Source of the DNA: Squalus acanthias
Taxonomy: Eukaryota
DNA: 64,000 bases
Assembly (NCBI GenBank): GCA_030390025.1
Contig: CM059438.1
Span: forward strand, 54,376,001-54,440,000
Reading direction: 5' to 3'
Numbering within the stretch: position 1 is the stretch's first letter; every line of letters starts with the position of its first letter. Made by a program: the position numbers and the translations under genes. The notes under the pieces were generated by a model. It saw nothing but the letters and a program-made list of their open reading frames with translations, made no database searches and was not told where the DNA came from. Shown in pieces: positions 26,146 to 36,812 of this stretch.

Positions 26146-26148
26146 TTT

Positions 26149-26690
26149 TGTTGGGGAGAAATTAATTCACTCCAGTCTGTGTTGATAGGTAAAAGCAAAC
26201 AGTTTATTAATGTTCAGAGATCTCTGGGAGAAGCATCATAGACCTCACCCGGTCTAGTGACCACGGCTTCTCAACCTCCCTTTGTCACTACAACCTTTTA
26301 TTTAAGAATTATCCAATCACATTGTTAAAGAATATCACATGATTACAATTGTGTCAGTCAGACTAAAACAGTTAATTCGTTATATTTCTTTATCTCTGTC
26401 AGCTACAAACTAAAAAACAACCTTTAATATATATATGCTGCAAGCAATGCCAATTGCGAAGCCACCTTGTACCACATTCTGTGCCTTGCCTGGGTGCTGG
26501 GTCATATCTCATTCCCATACTTGTCCATTGTATTTCTCTACAGTTGCTCATTGTATGCTGTCCTTGAATGGAGCTAGGCAGCCACTCCTTATCATCCACC
26601 TGGTCGCTCTTATTCCATTTCGTACATAACCCCCATTCCCTTTACAGCTAAGAGAGTTTAATTTAACATGAGTTCAAATTAACCCTTTCA
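26149..26690 (-). repeat. 5' LTR of the ERV
   Basis: Direct repeat of 20482-21021; adjacent to the PBS. Confidence 0.95.
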
Positions 26691-27554
26691 CCACCTTTGA
26701 GGTCCTGCTCTTTAGTCTCATCCTAAGTTCCAAAAGCTCTGAATGCAGTTCCTCAACCCTTTCCTCCCTATGTCATTGGTTCCAACATGGACCACAACTT
26801 CTGGCTGTTCCCATTCCCCCAGCTGAATGTTCTGCACTCGTTCTGTGATATCCTTTACCCTGGCACCAGGGAGGAAACAGACCGTGGAAGACTCACGTCG
26901 GCAGTTGCAGAAACACCTGTCTATCCCCTGACTATTGAATCCCCTATGACCACTGAATTTCTATACTTTTCTGTGCCCCCCGTGCAGTCCTTGCCCCACG
27001 GTGTGGTGGATTTGCTGTGGACTGCACTCCTTCTAGCTGTTGTCACCCTCACTGAAAACCGGTTTGTGAACGCCACACTCATGGAGGATTCATGTACTGC
27101 CTGCCTGTTCCTACCCTGCCGGGTGGCCACCCACTTACTGTTCTGAACTCTCGATGGCTACGGGGTGACCACCTCCTGGAATGAGAAAATTTTCAGCTTA
27201 CCGTATGCCTTGCACTGACTACAACCACTCCTCAAGTTCAAAAACCTTGATCTGAAGCTCGAGCAGCCAGAGGCACTTCCTGCACACGTGATTATCCAGG
27301 ACACATTAAGCTTCCTGGAGTTCCCACATGGCACAGGAATTGCAGGCAATGGGTCTGGTTGGTAAGTTTATGTCACCGCCACTTGGCAGCTTTATTAGGA
27401 TGTACCATCTTTTTCCACATCTATTCCCAGAAAGTCAAGTGCTGCTGCCCCAGAGTTTTCCCATAAAGGCCCTGCAAATACTGCCACTCCATTACTTAAC
27501 CACAGAGGCCCTGCAAATACAGCCACGCCATTCTTTACCCACAGAGGCAAGGCC

Positions 27555-30500
27555 AGGATTTATGCCCATTCCTAATTGCTCTTCAGAAAGTGCTGGTGAG
27601 CCGCCTTCTTGAACCGCTACAGTCCGTGTGTTCAAGGTATTCCCACAGTGCTTTTAGGTAGGGAGTTCCAGGATTTTGACCCAGTCACGATGAAGGAACG
27701 GCAATGTATTTCCAAGTCAGGATGGTGTGTGACTTGGAGGTGGTTGTGTTCCCATGCACCTGCTGCCCTTGTCCTTCTAGGTGGTAAAGGTCATGGGTTT
27801 GGGAGGTGCTGTTGTAGTAGCCTTGGTGAGTTGCTGCAGTGCATCTTGTAGATGGCACACACTGCAGGCACGTTACGCGAATGGTGGGGGGAGTGACTGT
27901 TTAAGGTGGTAGATGGGGTGCTAATCAAGTGGGCTGCGTTGTTCTTGGATCGTGTCAAGCTTCTTGAGTGTTGTTGGAGCTGCACCCATCCAGGCAAGTG
28001 GAGAAGATTCCATCACATGCCTTGTAGATGGTGGAAAGGCTTTGGGGAGTCAGGAGGTGATTCACTTACCGCAGAATACCCAGCCTCTGATCTGCTCTTG
28101 TAGCCACAGTATTTATCTGGCTGGTCCACTTAATTTTCTGGTCAATGGAGACCCCCCCCAGGATGTTTATGGTGGGGGATTCAACGATGGTAATGCCATT
28201 TAATGTCAGGGGGAGGTGGTTAGACTTTCTCTTATTGGAGATGGTCATTGCCTGGCACTTGTGTGGTGCAAATGCTACTTGCCATCTATCAGCCCAAGCC
28301 TGGATGTTCTCCAGGTCTTGCTGCCTGTGAACACGGACTGCTTCATTATAAGAACATAAGAAATAGGAGCAGGAGTCGGCCATTCGGCCCTTCGAGCCTG
28401 CTCCGCCATTCAATGAGATCATGGCTGATCTTCTGCCTCAACTCCATTCACCAGCGCTATCGCCATATCCCTTGATGCCCTTACTAGTCAGAAATCTATC
28501 GACTTCTGTTTTGAATATACCCAATGACTGAGCCTCCACAGCTCTCTGGGGTAGAGAATTCCAAAGATTCACCACTCTCTGTGTGAAGAAATTTCTTCTC
28601 ATCTCAGTCCTGAATGGTCTACCCTTTATCCTGAGGCTGTGGCCCCTGGTTCTAGACTCCCCAACCAAGGGAAACATTCTCCCAGCATCCACCCTATCAA
28701 GCCCTGTAATAATTTTGTATGCTTCAATGAGATCCCCTCTCATTCTTCTGAATTCAAGAGAATACAGGCCTAGTTTACTCAATCTCTTCTCATATGACAG
28801 TCCCGCCATCCCAGGAATCAATCTCGTGAACCTTCGTTGCACTCCCTCTATGGCAAGTATATCCTTCCTTAGGTAAGGAGACCAGAATTGTACACAGTAC
28901 TCCAAGTGTGGTCTCACCAAGGCCCTATATAATTAGAATAAAACTTCTTTACTCCTGTACTCAAATCCTCTTGTAATGAAGGCCAGCATACCATTTGCCT
29001 TCCTAATGGCTTGCTGCACCTGCACATTCACTCTCAGTGACTCATGTACAAGGACAACCAGGTCCCTTTAAGCATCTGCATTCCCCAATCTTTCACCATT
29101 TAGGAAATACTCTGCCTTTCTGTTTTTTCTACCAAAGTGGATAACTTCACATTTATCCACATTATATTCCATCTGCCATGTTCTCGCCCACTCACTGAGC
29201 CTGTCAAGATCCCCTTGAAGCCTCTTCACATCCTCTTCGCAACTGACACTGCCACCTAGCTTTGTGTCATTAGCAAATTTGGAAATGTTTACATTTAGTC
29301 CCCTCATCCAAATCATTGATATAGATTGTGAATAGCTGGGGCCCGAGCACCGATCCATGCGGTACCCCACTAGTCACAGCCTGCCATCCTGAAAAAGACC
29401 CGTTTATCCCTACTCTTTGTCTTCTGTCTGTTAACCAATTCTCAATCCATGCTAGTATATAACCCCCAATTCCATGTGCCCTAATTTTGTTCACCAACCT
29501 CTTGTGTGGGACCTTATCGAAGGCCTTCTGAAAATCCAAATACACCACATCTACCGGTTCCCCTTTGTCTACTCCACTAGTTACATCCTCAAAGAACTCC
29601 AATAGGTTTGTCAAACAGGATTTCCCTTTCATAAATCCATGTTGACTCTGCCCAATCTTACTATTAGTTTCTAAGTGCCCAGTTATTGCATCCTTTATAA
29701 TAGATTCCAGCATTTTCCCAACTACTGATGTGAGGCTAACAGGTCTGTGGTTCCCCTTTTCTCTCTCCCTCCTTTCTTAAATAGTGGGGTTACATTTGCT
29801 ATCCTCCAATCTGCAGAAACCGTTCCAGAATCTATAGAATTTTGGAAGATGACAACCAATGCATCCACTATCCCAATGGCCACCTCTTTCAAAACCCTAG
29901 GATGTAGGTCATCCGGTCCTTGGGATTTATCGACTTTTAGTCCCATTCATTTTGCTAGTACTGTTTTTTTACTAATAATAATTTATTTAAGTTCCTCATT
30001 CTCGCCACACCCTTGGTTTTCTCGTATTTCTGGGAGGTTTTTTGTGTCTTCCTCCGTGAAGACAGAAACAAAGTATTTATTTAATTTCTCTGCCATTTCT
30101 TCATTCCCCATTATAAATTCTCCCGTCTCTGACTGTAAAGGGCCTACATTTACCTTCACCAGTCTTTTCCTTTTCACATACCTATAGAAGCTTTTACAAT
30201 CCGTTTTTATAGTTTTCGCTAGTTTGTGCTCATATTCCATTTTCCCTTTCTTTATCAATTTCTTGGTCCCTCTTTGCTGATTTCTAAAAAGATCCCAATC
30301 CTCAGGCTGACCGCTTTTTCTGGCAACTTTATAAGCTTCCTCCTTTGACTTAATACAAGCTTTAATTTCTTTTGTTAGCCATGGTTGGATCACTTTTCCT
30401 TTTGGGTTTTTATGCCCTCGAGGAATATATGTTTTTTGCAAATTATGCATTATTTCCTTGAATGTTAGCCATTGTATGTCCACCTTCATACCTTTTAGTG

Positions 30501-32650
30501 TAGTCTCCCAATCTACCATGGCCAACTTGTCCCTCATACCCTTGTAGTTTCCTCTGTTTAGATTGAAGACCTTTGTTTCAGATTGGACTACAACACTCTC
30601 AAACTTAATATAAAATTCAATCATATTATGGTCACTTGTACCTAAAGGCCCCTTTACCACAAGATTATTGATTAGCCCTTTCTCATTACACAGTACCAAA
30701 TCCAGAATAGCCTGTTCCCTGGTTGGTTCCTCCACATACTGATCCAGGAAACCATCTCGCATGCATTCCAAGAATTTGTCCTCCACACCATTAGTGGTAA
30801 TTTGATTTGCCCAGTCAATATGTAGATTAAAGTCCCCCATGATTACCGTATTGCCCTTGTTACATGCACTTCTAATCTCTTGATTGATACTGTGTCCTAC
30901 ATTACCACTACTGTTTGGTGGCCTATACACAACTCCCACCAATGTTTTCCGCCCTTTGCTGTTTCTTAGCTCCACCCAAACTGATTTCAGTTCTACATCA
31001 CGATCTGCCAAGCCAAGATCTTTTATCTCTACCGTACCGATCTCATCCCTTATTAACAGCGCTACACCACTTCCTTTTCCTTTTTGTCTGTCCTTCCTAA
31101 ATGTTGAGTACCCTGGAACATTCAGTTACCAGCTTTGGTTACCCTGCAACCTGAGGAATTGCGAACTTCTGACCTTATGATAGAGGGAATGTCATTGATT
31201 AAGCAGCTGAAGATGGTTGGGCCTCGGATATTGCCCTGAGGAACTCCTGCAGCAACGTCCTGGGGCTGAGATGATTGGCCTCCAACAACTACAACCATCT
31301 TCCTTTATGCTAGGTATGACTCAACCAGTGCAGAGTTTTCCCCGATTCCCATTGACTGCAATTTTACTAGGGCTCCTTAATGCCTCACTCAGTCAAATGC
31401 TGCCTTGATGCCACTCTCGCCTCACCTCTGGAATTCAGCTCTTTTGTCTGGATGTGGCAGGACTACAGAGCTTTGATCTGATCCATTGGTTGTGGGATCG
31501 CTTAGCTCTGCCTATAGCATGCCACTTCTGCTGTTTAGCATCCATGTAGTCCTGTATTGTAGCTTTACCAGGTTGGCACCTCATTTTTAGGTATGGCTGG
31601 TGCTGCTCCTGGCATGCTCTTCTACACGCCTCATTGAACCAGGGTTGGTCATCTGGTTTGCTGGTAATGGTAGAGTGAGGGATATGCCGGGCCATGAGGT
31701 TACAGATTGTGGTGAAATGCAATTCTGCTGCTGCAGATGGTCCACAGCGCCTCATGAATGCCCAGTTTTGAGCTGCTAGATCTGTTCTGAATCTCTCCCA
31801 TTTAACACGGTGGTAGTGCACACAACACGATGGAGGGTGTCCTCAGCATGAAGATGGGATTTCGTCTCCACAAGGACAGTGTAGTGGTCACTCCTAACAA
31901 TAATGTCATAGACACATGCATCTGCGACAGGCAGATTGGTGAGGACGAGGTCAAGTAGCTTTTTCCCTCGTGTTGGTTCTCTCGCCACCTGCCGCAGGCC
32001 CAGTCTGGCAGTTGTGTCCTTCAGGACTTGGCCAGCTCGGTCGGTAGTGGTGCTACCGAGCCACTCTTGGTGATGGACATTGAAGTCCCCCACCCAGAGT
32101 ACATTCTGTGCCCTTGCTACCCTCAGTGCTTCTTCCAAGTGGAGTTCAACATGGAGGAGTATTGATTAATCAGCTGAGGATGGCAGTAGCTGGTAATCAG
32201 CAGGAGGTTTCCTTGCTCATGTTTGACCTGATGCCCTGAGACTTCATGGGGTCAATGTTGAGGACTCGCAGGGCCACTCCCTCCCGACTGTATACCACTG
32301 TACCGCCACCTCTGGTGGGTCTGTCCTGCCGGTGGAACAGGACATACCCAGGGATGGTGATGGAGGAATCTGGGACTTTGGCTGAAAGGTATGATTCTAT
32401 GACTATGTTAGGCTGTTGCTTGCCTAGTTTGTGGGACAGTTCTCCCAATTTTCACACAAGTACCCAGATGTTAGTGAGGAGGACTTTACAGGGCTGACTG
32501 GGCTGGGTGTGCCTTTGTCGTGTCGTGTCGTGGTTGATGCCGGGTGGTCCATCTTATACTTTTTCACAACGGTTTGTTACAACTGAGTGGCTTGCTAGGC
32601 CATTTCAGAGGGCTGTTAAGAGTCAACTACATTGCTGTGGGTCTGGAGTT
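27555..32650 (-). mobile_element. Second-family LINE (endonuclease to 3' end, degraded), split by a CR1 at 28350-31150
   Basis: WVGDFNVHH and SDHYTVLV endonuclease motifs; RT tail at 27555-28349; host rejoins as CATTAT|CTGAGG. Confidence 0.82.
28350..31150 (-). mobile_element. Relatively young 5'-truncated CR1 ORF2 (endonuclease and RT)
   Basis: Long ORF segments of 342, 147, 100 and 160 aa with [27 protein letters not shown] and VRPHLEYCVQFWSP. Confidence 0.93.
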
Positions 32651-32999
32651 ATTTACCCACAGAGGCCCTGCAAAAAAAGAGGACCAGAAAATTTACCCCT
32701 GTGTTGCCAAAACGTTCTGCTTAAATCAGAACTTTATTCAGAACTTTCCTCCAAACTTGAATAATGGCATTTAGCGCGGTGGTAGTGCCACACAAAACGA
32801 TGGGGGCGTCCTCAGTGTGAAGACTGTGGAGTGGTCACTCTTTGCTTTTGAATAATAGCACAGTCCTTCCAAAACTAGGTACTATTTATGTGATTAATTT
32901 TGATTTCCTGGTTGTTTTTGGAGTTCTGAGATAAATAAAAGGAATGAAGCTAAGTCCTTCCCCACTGGTCAGTTTTCTCTTCAGCTGTACCTGTTAAAG

Positions 33000-33800
33000 A
33001 AAGAAAGAACTTGCATTTATATCGTGTGTTTCATGCCCTCAGCATCTATATCGTGTGTTTCATGCCCTCAGCATTTATATCGTGAGTTTCATGCCCTCAG
33101 CATTTATATCGTGAGTTTCATGCCCTCAGCATTTATATCGTGAGTTTCATGCCCTCAGCATTTATATCGTGAGTTTCATGCCCTCAGCATTTATATCGTG
33201 AGTTTCATGCCCTCAGCATTTATATCGTGAGTTTCATGCCCTCAGCATTTATATCGTGAGTTTCATGCCCTCAGCATTTATATCGTGAGTTTCATGCCCT
33301 CAGCATTTATATCGTGAGTTTCACGCCCTCAGCATTTATATCGTGAGTTTCACGCCCTCAGCATTTATATCGTGTGTTTCATGCCCTCAGCATTTATATC
33401 GTGAGTTTCACGCCCTCAGCATTTATATCGTGTGTTTCATGCCCTCAGCATTTATATCGTGTGTTTCATGCCCTCAGCATTTATATCGTGAGTTTCATGC
33501 CCTCAGCATTTATATCGTGAGTTTCACGCCCTCAGCATTTATATCGTGTGTTTCATGCCCTCAGCATTTATATCGTGAGTTTCATGCCCTCAGCATTTAT
33601 ATCGTGAGTTTCATGCCCTCAGCACATCCCAAATGCTTCACAGCCATTGAATTACCTTTGAAGCGCAGTCCCTGTTGTAATGTAAGCAAACACGCAGCCA
33701 ATTTGTGCACAGCAAGGTCCCACAAACAACAATGAGATAAATGGGCAAATCATGTGCTTTACTAGTATTGGTTCAGGATAAATGTTGGCCTGGACACTGT
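33000..33800 (-). mobile_element. Deu-SINE 3' part whose tail expanded into a tandem repeat
   Basis: Flanks match the SINE at 60973-61200 (ACTTGCATTTATAT..., GCAGCCAATTTGTGCACAGCAAG). Confidence 0.75.
33013..33624. repeat. 29-bp tandem repeat, about 21 copies (GCATTTATATCGTGAGTTTCATGCCCTCA)
   Basis: Direct inspection. Confidence 0.97.
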
Positions 33801-34551
33801 CTTACTGTTTTTGCTGTCTGTAGTTGGGTGAGATCACAGTATATGTCATTTTCACTTTCAAAGTTTCCTTAGAAAAAGTTCATGTATGGTATTTGTTTCC
33901 ATTAAGAGCAGATAATATTTCAAAATCATATTCTTTATTGTTATGATTCTTACACAAAATCAGGAATTCCATTAGGTGTAGTATTTCAGGATCTGAGAGA
34001 TATGTCCATAAATCAAATCTTTGAAACATTTAACCTTTAAGAAATAAACCAGAGAGCTTAAGTAAAAACAGAGAATGCTGGAAGTACATAGTAACTCCTC
34101 CAGCAAGTAATCGACAAAAGATAGCTTAACGTTCCTGATGGAACTAGTTGTGCCAAAGGCTCCCCACCTGATCCATCTTTTCTGTTTTCAGAGGCTGACA
34201 GATCTGTGTATTCCCAGCATATTCTGAACTTTTCTACCCATATTCACGATCACCCCCTCCACCTTGCCATCTTATGTGGCCTCTCTATTACCATTGCCTC
34301 AATCACAGACAAGGCAATCTCTGATTACTTTTTTGTATTCCTCACCACTCACATCCCCTTTCCCCCTTCCAACCCCACTTCCTTCTGTGTCCGCCTGTGG
34401 AAAAAAACTCTTCCCCACCCCCCATGTCACTTACAATAGCACTTTCAAACTCTCAACTGTCTTGCCTTTGGCCCTCCATTCACCACAATACTTCTGCTCA
34501 CTCACACCCTCACCTACACCTTTGATGCTCTTGTCCCCAGTAAAACCCTTA

Positions 34552-35209
34552 GGGGGAAAAATTGAGTCGGGCCCCCTTTGGGGCGCTAACTTCGCTGCGC
34601 CCCAAAAAAATTAGCACCCCCGCGGCCGAAATTCATCGGTAGCGCCCCAAGAGGGAAGCGGGGCGCTACTGGAAGCGCCCCGCCTCCCTCTTGGGGCACT
34701 GCGAGGGAATATCGCGGCGCGACATGTGCTGTGGCACGTCGCGCCGCTGTACGACAGGCCTTCCTCCCCTTCTTAAAGGGGAGGGGCCTTGCGCAGCGTG
34801 ACCCGGGGCCCAGCTGGGCCACCAGGGATCGGAGTGCCGGCAAAAGAGCCCGGCACTCGAGAGAAGTGGGGGGGCTTCTCAGAAGGCCGGGGACGGCAAC
34901 GGGGGCAGGTGCTGGCAGGCGGCTAGCAACAAAAATGGCCGCCCAGCACCTCGCCTTTCATTAGCGCCGCCCCGGCCACAGGTAGGCCCCCCTGACCCCG
35001 TCGGACATAGCGTCCAGCGGTAAGTCAGGGGGCACGACATAAGATCGTGAGTGGGGCGCTGCGCATGGCGATGACGTCATCGCCGGCGGCACAGGGCGCT
35101 AACAGTTACCAGCGCGCTAACCTCCCTAATTTCGCGGGAGGCGCTAGTTGCTTTGCGCCCCGTTAAGAGGGCGCTAACGGGAGGCGCAAAGCAACCGAAT
35201 TTTTCCCCC
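34552..35209. mobile_element. Harbinger-type MITE family B
   Basis: TIR GGGGGAAAAATT / AATTTTTCCCCC; TSD TTA. Confidence 0.9.
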
Positions 35210-35224
35210 TTAATCTCTTCCAGA

Positions 35225-35807
35225 AGTTATGCTGAACCTTTATAAAACGCTGGTTAGGCCACAACTGGAGTATTGCGTCCAGTTCTGGTCACCACACTTT
35301 AGGAAGGATGTGAAGGCCCTTGAGAGGGTGCAGAGGAGATTTACCAGAATGGTTCCGGGGATGGGGGATCTTAGCTACAAGGACAAGTTGGAGAAGCTGG
35401 GTTTGTTTTCATTAGAGCAAAGGAGGTTGAGGGGTGATTTGATAGAGGTGTACAAGATTATGATGGGTTTGGATAGGCTAGACGGGGCAAGGCAGTTCCC
35501 ACTAGTTGATGGTACAAGGACTGGGGGACACAGATTTAAGGTTTTGGGCAAGAGATACAGGGGGGATGTGAGGAAAAACTTTTTTACGCAGCGAGTGGTG
35601 ATGACCTGGAACTCGCTGCCGATGGAAGTGGTGGAAGTGGAGACACTCAATGTTTTCAAGGGGAGACTGGATAGGCACTTGAGGGAAATAAACTTGCAGG
35701 GCTACGGGGATAGAGCGGGGGAATGGGACTGACTGGATGCTCTACAGAGAGCCGGCACAGACTCGATGGGCCGAATGGCCTCCTTCTGTGCCGTTATGAC
35801 TCTATGA
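35225..35807 (+). mobile_element. CR1 LINE 3' end
   Basis: ORF 35229-35732: LVRPQLEYCVQFWSP...RRLRGDLIE. Confidence 0.9.
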
Positions 35808-36632
35808 CCCTGGTCGTTCCCTTTGGTACAGCCCCCATCTTTGCTCCCTTAAGTCCAAGGGATGCAGATTTGGATGTTTATGGCGCACTAGTTTCACAAC
35901 TACTCCAGGATCATCCTGATATGCAAAGATAACTCCCAGCTTCTCTTCACTACAAACCGTCTCCTTAAACCCCTCTCCCCTGTCCCCTCCACCCTCACTT
36001 CCAACAAGTATGAGGAACTAATGAACTTCTTTGTCACTAAGATTGAGACCATCTGTTCAGCTGCCTTTGCCACTTCCCTCCCTTCCCTCAGCCCACCAAC
36101 CCAAACTTCCCCCAAGGTTCCCCCCTGTCCTAGCCTTGAACTCGCATCTTTCTCTAGTAAGACCCACTTCCCTAAATCTCTCCGACTCTCTACCTCTCTC
36201 TCCTCCTTTTAGATGCTCCTTAAAACCTACTTTGACCAAACTTTTAGGTCACCTGTCCTAATGTCTCTTCCTTTAGCTCGGTGTCAATTTTTGTCTGATT
36301 ACTCTCCTGTGAAGCGCCTTGGGACATTTTACTGTGTTAAAGACACTATATAAATGCAAGTTGTTGCTTAAATGTGTGGACAGAAAGTCGGACGGGGTCC
36401 CTCATGGATGTGTGGATCTCCCAGCCCGATCCCCCTGTGATCTTGGGACATTTTATTAAGTTAAAGGCGCTTTACAAATGCACGTTGTTGTTATATGTTC
36501 CAACATTTATTCTGTGGAAGACTATAGAAACCAATATAAAACACTGTCTAGTCCTGCAGCTTTATATTGCAATTTTGAACACTATTTCTGCTTTTTCACT
36601 CACTATTCATTTTTTCTCTGACTGTCTTTCAG

Positions 36633-36812
36633 TTTTTTGGTGTTGTGATAACTTGGCTGTATACCAGCCGACTGGAGGATATCATCTACGAGTATGATGC
36701 AGTGGATGTTGGCCTGATGAGTAGACAGTCTTATAGACAGCACTGTGAAGATGTCAGCACTTCGGGGACAGGATGCTGCTGGTGTTTGCCGACACTCGAT
36801 GCTGTTGTGTGA
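36633..36812 (+). CDS. TSPAN15: Terminal coding exon of tetraspanin-15 (end of TM4 and cytoplasmic tail)
   Basis: Polypyrimidine tract and TTTCAG acceptor (AG 36631-36632), phase 0; translates FFGVVITWLYTSRLEDIIYEYDAVDVGLMSRQSYRQHCEDVSTSGTGCCWCLPTLDAVV*, matching the recalled human TSPAN15 C-terminus FLGVLLTLLYITRVEDII...GTGCCLCYP. Confidence 0.88.
   Translation, partial: FFGVVITWLYTSRLEDIIYEYDAVDVGLMSRQSYRQHCEDVSTSGTGCCWCLPTLDAVV

Larger units (their letters stand above)
20482..26690 (-). mobile_element. Endogenous retrovirus provirus, internally deleted and non-autonomous; lokiretrovirus-like candidate
   Basis: Paired TG...CA LTRs 20482-21021 and 26149-26690; TSD CCAC (20478-20481, 26691-26694); tRNA-Ser PBS; PPT; gag, RT and env remnants. 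Confidence 0.93.
10445..27340 (-). mobile_element. One near-full-length CR1 LINE split by nested insertions (pieces about 10445-10808, 11702-11896, 12735-13085, 15468-15698, 16447-17092, 17802-18500, 20027-20481, 26691-27340)
   Basis: Pieces rejoin collinearly: 3' tail at 10445, then RT, endonuclease, ORF1 esterase (IGDSIVRG, DGLHL) and the ORF1 N-terminal Cys-rich part. Confidence 0.8.
34240..36367 (+). mobile_element. Degraded L2 LINE pieces interrupted by a MITE (34552-35209) and a CR1 3' end (35225-35807)
   Basis: Similarity to the L2 at 39810-41840; L2 tail ending at about 36367. Confidence 0.7.
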
